Position numbers and translations under genes: made by a program. From contig NZ_CP021983.2 in assembly GCF_002075285.3 (NCBI RefSeq), positions 3,630,001 through 3,662,000 of the forward strand: DNA of 32,000 nucleotides, given 5' to 3'. Position 1 is the first letter of the stretch; each line of letters starts with the position of its first letter. This DNA comes from Halomicronema hongdechloris C2206 (lineage in GTDB: Bacteria > Cyanobacteriota > Cyanobacteriia > Phormidesmidales > Phormidesmidaceae). Below are positions 26,953 to 32,000 of this stretch, one piece after another. Below the pieces are notes generated by a model. That model ran no database searches, had not been told where the DNA came from, and saw only the letters and a program-made list of their open reading frames with translations.

Positions 26953-27087
26953 CGGTAGACAGTGCAAACTTTTTCCCATTATTAGGAAGCGGTGCAATGC
27001 AGCGGTTTTGGCATCAGCGGTGGGTAAGTCAGAGGATTTGTACTGAGCTGAAGAAGCCTGAAAGGGTGTTGCCTACCCGACCGAAGT

Positions 27088-27543
27088 TTAGATTGCAGGG
27101 AGAAAATCGGGATTCAGGGTTTCTGCAGGGGTAAAGGGAGCATTCTCGGGAAAGACCTCGATAGACAGCCCGGTTTCGACGGCAGCTTTTCTGCGGGCGC
27201 GGGCGTAGCAGTCTGCAAAGACAGACTCATAGTAAGGTTTGAGGCTGGGGCTGTCACGAAAGAGGCGTTCGATGCGATCGCGCTGCTCCAGAATGGTAAA
27301 TCGCCAGCTGTTGGAGCGTCGTTCTGGCTGATACTGGTACTTCAGCAGGTGCCTCAAGAGCACTTCCAGATTGCTTTCTAATGCCCGTTTCTCGCTCCGC
27401 CCCATGTCTTCAAGCTCTTCAATCAAGCTGGGAATATCGATCTGTTCTAGCTTGCCTTGCCGCAGCAGATCTACCGTGGCTTCAAGCCAGAGTACATAGT
27501 CCTGATCGTACAGACCGGAGGGTTGCTGCAAGGGTGCAGTCAT
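27088..27543 (-). CDS. DUF29-family protein
   Basis: YDQDYVLWLEATVDLLRQGKLEQIDIPSLIEELEDMGRSEKRALESNLEVLLRHLLKYQYQPERRSNSWRFTILEQR matches the DUF29 consensus along its whole length. Confidence 0.85.
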   Translation of the reverse strand: MTAPLQQPSGLYDQDYVLWLEATVDLLRQGKLEQIDIPSLIEELEDMGRSEKRALESNLEVLLRHLLKYQYQPERRSNSWRFTILEQRDRIERLFRDSPSLKPYYESVFADCYARARRKAAVETGLSIEVFPENAPFTPAETLNPDFLPAI

Positions 27544-27725
27544 GGGAAGGAGCCTCACAGGTTAAGCGCATCAGGTTTGATCTTATCGGATTCGCCTGAC
27601 TGCGATTCTGATGTGCGATCGCTCAGGATGCATTCAGTTAACGGTGAAGTTGTGCGGCGGTAGATAACCTTGAACTCCCACCGATAACCTCTATACCGCC
27701 CGCACCAACGAAGGGTTAGGCGGTT

Positions 27726-28106
27726 TCAACGACTATACGGTTGCTCCAGACTTAAGCCCGGAATGATTCGGTAGTGCTTCACGTTAAAAGTACAGAGAGT
27801 TGCATTGCGCCCAACGGCACAAGCCGCAATCAAGGCATCAATTAGGCCGACCTGATGGGACAGATGATAGGCGGTGAAATCAGACAGAGCACGGGCGCAA
27901 TCCGTCTCGGTAGGCCAAACGATTTGCAACGGAGCCACCATTTGTAGAACTGTACGAACCTGCTGCTTGTTCTGAGCGTCCTGAATCAATTCCATTACGA
28001 CAAACCCAGGAATGCTCGGTAGTTTTGAGACAGAGGCAAACCACGCGAGTGCAGGCGCGTAACTCCGCTGGATGTCAATCATGACATCAGTATCAACGAG
28101 GTACAT
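27726..28106 (-). CDS. vapC: PIN-domain ribonuclease toxin (VapC-type)
   Basis: 126 aa with the acidic PIN residues in place (MYLVDTDV, VVMELIQD, GLIDALIAA, TFNVKHY). It starts 7 nt after the antitoxin ORF. Confidence 0.9.
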   Translation of the reverse strand: MYLVDTDVMIDIQRSYAPALAWFASVSKLPSIPGFVVMELIQDAQNKQQVRTVLQMVAPLQIVWPTETDCARALSDFTAYHLSHQVGLIDALIAACAVGRNATLCTFNVKHYRIIPGLSLEQPYSR

Positions 28107-28112
28107 TCTTCC

Positions 28113-28373
28113 CTAAGCCCGCTCTCGATTTTCGGCTTGGTTACGCAATATGCGTGCGTATTCCTGACTATCCGTAATGTCAGGTCGGGAACCTACTACT
28201 CCAATGCTTTCCCAGTAAGCCACGAGTTCTAATCCTGTTTGAGGAGGATGTTGGAGAAAAGGGCGGAAGGCAAGGACGCGCAGAATATACTCTGCTAAAG
28301 GGAGCTTAAGCTCTGATGCCTCATTGGCTAGTTCCCGCTCTAGATCCGAAGGGAGATCTAATGTGACGGTCAT
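28113..28373 (-). CDS. antitoxin partner of the PIN toxin
   Basis: 86 aa, sitting directly upstream of vapC. The N-terminus MTVTLDLPSDLERELANEASELKLPLAEYILRVL is typical of small cyanobacterial VapB-like antitoxins. Confidence 0.75.
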   Translation of the reverse strand: MTVTLDLPSDLERELANEASELKLPLAEYILRVLAFRPFLQHPPQTGLELVAYWESIGVVGSRPDITDSQEYARILRNQAENRERA

Positions 28374-28387
28374 AACAGTGCTCTCCG

Positions 28388-28573
28388 CTAATAGACGACG
28401 CCGTGATTTTTTTCAGCACAACCTTGGCAGACATCATCATTATGCATCCAACCGCAGGGCTGACGCTGTTGACACTCTTGACAAAATCGAAAGTATTGTT
28501 TGTCTTGCAAAATTTCTTGGACTTTGGAAGCAATTGCTTCCGGCAAAGATTCGGATGGCAACACAGTGACCAC
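28388..28573 (-). CDS. Cys-rich mini-protein (zinc-ribbon-like); may be the 3' part of a frameshifted gene starting at 28692
   Basis: 61 aa from a GTG start. Contains CQEC-x5-C and CQGC. The overlapping 123-aa ORF (28321..28692) looks protein-like only in its first 40 or so codons. Confidence 0.35.
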   Translation of the reverse strand: MVTVLPSESLPEAIASKVQEILQDKQYFRFCQECQQRQPCGWMHNDDVCQGCAEKNHGVVY

Positions 28574-28723
28574 TTGCCAATCAGATGCTGGCTCATGTGG
28601 ATGCGGCCAAGATATCTTACAGACGGAAATTCTTTTTCGCTCTCAAGCGAGTTAATTTTTATGAATCTAGAAATAAGTTCTGTCTCATTCATCTGTTTGC
28701 CAACCTTAAGTTTCTGTTGAAAA

Positions 28724-29518
28724 TCAACTTTCGATCGCTCCTAAGCCAGACAGTGATTCAAAAATCCTTGTCCTCCAGTATTCAAGCTTGTTGGCATCAG
28801 TAGGAGATTTACCTATTAGCCTTTTCCATGCTCCATTTGCTGCTCTGCCAGGATGAAGAAACCTGAGGTGAGGAACTTCTATATTGACAGCAGATAAGCT
28901 GTTAGCGGCTTCATTACCCCATGTTATTAATGCAACAGGCTTTACGGCCTGGAATTCTAATTCCAAAATACGAAAGAATCTCTCTTGATCTATTCGCGGC
29001 AACTTGCATCTTGAATAGGGACTGGTAGGGTCGCAAACCCATACTTTAAATATGTCGGTCAAATACACTCTATAGCCCAAGCTGAGCAATACGAAGACCA
29101 TTTCAAAATATCGCTTCGTATGTTTTATACGGCATTCCTTCGAATGTAATGCATAAGGAGTTCCAACAATAATATTCTCAAAATCATGATCATTTTTGGG
29201 ATCTTGTCCAAGAATGACGACAGTTGGTTTATTGATGTCCCCATTGTCTAACTCAAGAATGCTTGGTAAGTCAACAGCAATTACAGGAGATTGTGCATAT
29301 ATTGCTCGAAAACCTTCATCCATACTTGTGAAAAAAGCTCGATCAACAAAAATTGGAGAAGGATGATCATTGTCAAAGTCATCGTTCAATCTTGTGTAAA
29401 GCTCAGTAAGCTCAGTCTTTGATATAGTGAAAAGAGAGCTAAGAATATCAGAGATAACTTCAAACCCTTTTGAGGAGAACTGAGAGAAGAGAAGATTTTC
29501 AGCTACTTGAGATGCCAT
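28724..29518 (-). CDS. divergent uracil-DNA-glycosylase-superfamily (UDG-fold) protein with an N-terminal extension of about 100 aa
   Basis: The ordered motifs match the UDG layout. TVVILGQDPKND (aa 99-110) corresponds to family-1 GQDPYH. GTPYALH and GYRVYLTDIFKVWVCDP are present. KPVALITWGNEAANSL corresponds to LLWG..A. FLHPGRAANG (aa 221-230) corresponds to HPSPLS. The gene is low-GC relative to its neighbours. Confidence 0.55.
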   Translation of the reverse strand: MASQVAENLLFSQFSSKGFEVISDILSSLFTISKTELTELYTRLNDDFDNDHPSPIFVDRAFFTSMDEGFRAIYAQSPVIAVDLPSILELDNGDINKPTVVILGQDPKNDHDFENIIVGTPYALHSKECRIKHTKRYFEMVFVLLSLGYRVYLTDIFKVWVCDPTSPYSRCKLPRIDQERFFRILELEFQAVKPVALITWGNEAANSLSAVNIEVPHLRFLHPGRAANGAWKRLIGKSPTDANKLEYWRTRIFESLSGLGAIES

Positions 29519-29546
29519 ACTTAGCTTTCATGTGTCTAGGAATTCC

Positions 29547-29576
29547 ATTATATGAGGCAAGTTGAACGCCTAACAA
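29547..29576 (-). promoter_or_regulatory. sigma70-type promoter candidate for the UDG-like gene
   Basis: Minus strand reads TTGTTA (29576..29571), an 18-nt spacer, then a perfect TATAAT (29552..29547). The -10 element lies about 29 nt upstream of the ATG at 29518. Confidence 0.35.
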
Positions 29577-29587
29577 AGTTATTAGAC

Positions 29588-29710
29588 AGAAAGTTTCCGC
29601 ATATTCCCCCTCTTAGGGTGGATCGCAAGAAACTTTCTGCATATCTACCTAAAAAAGTTTCCGCATATTATCCAGATTTGGTTGGATAGCCGGAAAGTTT
29701 CCGCATATTT
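29588..29710. repeat. four iteron-like direct repeats, consensus RAAAGTTTCCGCATATT
   Basis: Copies are aligned at AAGTTTCCGCATATT and start at 29591, 29631 (degenerate: AACTTTCTGCATATC), 29655 and 29695. Start-to-start spacing is 40/24/40 nt. The core GAAAGTTTC is a near-palindrome. The array lies between the SNF2 stop (29764) and the promoter of the UDG-like gene. Confidence 0.8.
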
Positions 29711-29763
29711 TAGCTGTAGTACATACAGGCTATCGTGTGGTAGAGATACCTGAATTCACCTCG

Positions 29764-32000
29764 TTATTCCATAATGGCGCGTTTATTGAGGGAAATCAGT
29801 TCCCGGAAAGCATCGTTATCCAGCTCCGTCAGCCAGGATTCATCGGAGCCGACGATCGCACCAGCCAGCTTTTTCTTGTCTTCGATCATCTGGTCGACGC
29901 GTTCCTCCAGGGTACCGATGGCCACAAACTTATGCACAAACACATTCTTCTTCTGGCCGATGCGGAAGGCGCGGTCGGTGGCCTGATCCTCCACCGAGGG
30001 GTTCCACCAGCGGTCGAAGTGAAAGACGCGGTTAGCTTTAGTGAGGGTGATGCCCACACCCCCCGCTTTCAGGGACAGCACAAAGGCCGAGGGTTCCGTC
30101 TCCGGATCCTGAAACTGGGTGATCATGGCTTCCCGCTTTTTCCGGGAGGTGCCGCCGTGTAAGTAGTAGGTGTTGAAGTGGCAGGTGTGGCGCAGGTACT
30201 TTTCCAGGGCGGCTCCCAGCTCGGTGAACTGGGTAAAAATCAGCAGGCTTTCCTCCTCAGCCATGGCTTCTTCCACCATCTCGGTGAGGCGGGTGAGCTT
30301 GTGGGAGCGGGCCGCCGTAAAGTCGCTACCGTCTTGTAGAAACTGCATGGGATGGTTGCAAACCTGCTTCAGCTTCATTAAAGTGCTGAGGATCAAGCCC
30401 TTACGTTGGATACCTTCGCTGCCCTGCAACTGCTCTTCCACGTCCTTCACCACGGCTTCGTAGAGGGAGGCCTGTTCTTTGGTTAAGTTGCAGAAGAGTT
30501 TTTGCTCCACCTTATCGGGCAGGTCTTTGATGATGGACTGATCCGTCTTCACCCGCCGCAGAATGAAGGGTTCCACTAGCTTCTTGAGAGTGGCAGACTG
30601 CCGGGGGCTATTGTCTTTCTGGATCGGCAGCTCAAAACCGCGACGAAACTGGGCCTGGGTACCCAAATAGCCCGGATTCAAAAAGTTGAAGATAGACCAC
30701 AGGTCCATGAGTCGATTTTCGATGGGGGTGCCGGTGAGGGCCAGCCGATGGGGTGAGGAGAATTTAAGGATGGCCTTGGTCAACGCTGCCTTGGGATTTT
30801 TGATGTTCTGGGCCTCGTCCAGCACAATCCGGTGCCACTCGATGCCGTTGAACAGCTTGGCATCCTTACGGGCCAAGGCGAAGGAGGTAATCACGATGTC
30901 GTGGTCCCGGCAGAGTTGTTTGAAGTGCTTGGATTCCTTGGCCCGATCGCTACCATGATGCACCACCGCCCGAATCTCCGGGGCAAACTTGTGGATTTCG
31001 TGAAACCAGTTGCCGATGACAGAAGTAGGAGCAACTAGCAGGGTGGGAGGGATTCTTTGCCCCTGCTCCGCCTGAGCCTGTTCCCGCTCCTGCAGCAGGC
31101 GGGCGATCACCTGCACGGTTTTCCCCAATCCCATATCATCGGCCAGACAGCCGTTGAGACCCAACTGCTCCAGGTATTGCAACCAGGAAACGCCCCGCTT
31201 CTGGTATTCCCGTAGGTTGCCCTGGAAGGTTTCAGGATCGTCCACCGGCTGCAGCTGACCCTTGTTACTGAGCTTCTCCAGCATCTCGGCCAGGGCATCG
31301 TTGCGATCGCACTCGACCTCGAGCTCGTCGCCATCTCCCTCCGCCGTCAGCTTGATGAAGTCCATCAGGCTCATTTCCGGATTCTCCGCCTGCTGGGTCT
31401 GCCAAAACTCCAGCATCTGCCGCATTTTGTCCTGGTCCAGCTCCATCCACTGGCCGCGAAACTTAACCAAGGGGGTCTTGGCATTGACTAACTGGTTCCA
31501 CTCCTGCTCGGTCACCCGTTCCCCGCCAATGGCCAGCTCGTACTGGTACTGCACCAGGGTCTCGAAGGAAAAATAGCTTTTGGCTTTGGTATTGCCCCCG
31601 AGGGATTTGCCCTGGGCCTTGAGGCGGACCTTGGCGCGCTTGCGTCCCTTGGGAGTCCACCAGGCGGGGACGATCACCTTGTACCCGGCGTTCTCCAGCA
31701 CCCAGGCCGATTCCTTCAGGAAATTGAAGGCGGCGTCCAGAGCCAGAGTAATGCCGACGGGCTGGTCCGTCTCCAGTCCCTGCCACAGGTCAGGATAGAT
31801 GCGGGCGGCATAGCCCAGGTTCAGCAGTAGGTTTTGCTCGAACTCACCCCCCAGCTGAGCTTTCACCTGGTTCTGCTGTTTGGGGCGCATGCGCCAGTAG
31901 TCCTCCAGGGAGACTTTCAGAGACGGATCATGCTTGGGGGCCACCTGAAACTGGAGTTGCCAGGGTTCCTCGGGCTTAACCGGGTCTTGCAGATGAAAAT
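29764..32000 (-). CDS. SNF2-family (SWI2/SNF2, RapA/HepA-like) helicase/ATPase, C-terminal 745 or so codons (N-terminus beyond the right edge)
   Basis: SNF2-associated N-terminal region, then motif I LADDMGLGKT, DEAQNIKN (motif II), LALTGTPIEN, and the helicase-C region (LIFTQF..GGVGITLT..DRWWNP..QATDRAFRIGQ). The frame stays open upstream of the track's GTG at 31944 to position 32000 (..HLQDPVKPEEPWQLQFQ). Confidence 0.9.
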   Translation of the reverse strand, partial: FHLQDPVKPEEPWQLQFQVAPKHDPSLKVSLEDYWRMRPKQQNQVKAQLGGEFEQNLLLNLGYAARIYPDLWQGLETDQPVGITLALDAAFNFLKESAWVLENAGYKVIVPAWWTPKGRKRAKVRLKAQGKSLGGNTKAKSYFSFETLVQYQYELAIGGERVTEQEWNQLVNAKTPLVKFRGQWMELDQDKMRQMLEFWQTQQAENPEMSLMDFIKLTAEGDGDELEVECDRNDALAEMLEKLSNKGQLQPVDDPETFQGNLREYQKRGVSWLQYLEQLGLNGCLADDMGLGKTVQVIARLLQEREQAQAEQGQRIPPTLLVAPTSVIGNWFHEIHKFAPEIRAVVHHGSDRAKESKHFKQLCRDHDIVITSFALARKDAKLFNGIEWHRIVLDEAQNIKNPKAALTKAILKFSSPHRLALTGTPIENRLMDLWSIFNFLNPGYLGTQAQFRRGFELPIQKDNSPRQSATLKKLVEPFILRRVKTDQSIIKDLPDKVEQKLFCNLTKEQASLYEAVVKDVEEQLQGSEGIQRKGLILSTLMKLKQVCNHPMQFLQDGSDFTAARSHKLTRLTEMVEEAMAEEESLLIFTQFTELGAALEKYLRHTCHFNTYYLHGGTSRKKREAMITQFQDPETEPSAFVLSLKAGGVGITLTKANRVFHFDRWWNPSVEDQATDRAFRIGQKKNVFVHKFVAIGTLEERVDQMIEDKKKLAGAIVGSDESWLTELDNDAFRELISLNKRAIME

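Noticed and set aside
28321-28692. Full-length 123-aa ORF as a real gene.
   Set aside because: Its C-terminal half is low-quality sequence, it overlaps the 61-aa Cys-rich ORF throughout, and it runs 50 nt into the antitoxin gene. Only the first 40 or so codons look coding.
29588-29710. Whether the four direct repeats form a mini-CRISPR array.
   Set aside because: The repeats are only 17 bp and the intervening segments are 7-23 nt and irregular, far shorter than CRISPR spacers. One repeat is degenerate, and there are no cas genes in the window.

Overview
This is a cyanobacterial chromosomal window. The HIP1 palindrome GCGATCGC is frequent and the background GC is high, about 60-65% in hand-sampled lines. 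It has three parts. (1) 1-12.1 kb is native, high-GC housekeeping and signalling DNA. It holds a partial WD40 gene, a COG0523/CobW-type metallochaperone GTPase, a small ORF that looks frameshifted, and a PAS histidine kinase divergent from a REC-AraC regulator. These are followed by a cynABDS-type cyanate transporter and cyanase operon, a HupE/UreJ Ni/Co permease, a DUF1348 protein, and a membrane GGDEF-EAL protein whose N-terminus resembles the ETR1 ethylene-binding domain. (2) 12.06-23 kb starts at tRNA-Cys(GCA). Decayed gene remnants (a CHAT C-terminus and a frameshifted DDE transposase piece) come next. They are followed by a low-GC, HIP1-free glycan-biosynthesis cassette: three GT2 enzymes, a UGM-like FAD enzyme, a degenerate SpoT-like HD protein and a Wzx flippase. 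The cassette abuts a high-GC GT2 and a large polytopic membrane protein. (3) 23.3-32 kb holds an ALDH3-like dehydrogenase and a SWIM zinc-finger protein whose usual SNF2 helicase partner lies 4.1 kb away. The gap between them is filled by a co-oriented islet: Uma2 nuclease, MNT nucleotidyltransferase plus a short partner, DUF29, VapBC, and a Cys-rich mini-ORF. The islet ends with a low-GC gene for a divergent uracil-DNA-glycosylase-superfamily protein, which is preceded by four iteron-like 17-bp direct repeats. The best candidates for something undescribed are that UDG-like gene with its repeat array inside the split SNF2/SWIM locus, and the ethylene-binding-domain-like GGDEF-EAL sensor. All functional calls rest on motif recognition by eye. 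No searches were run.
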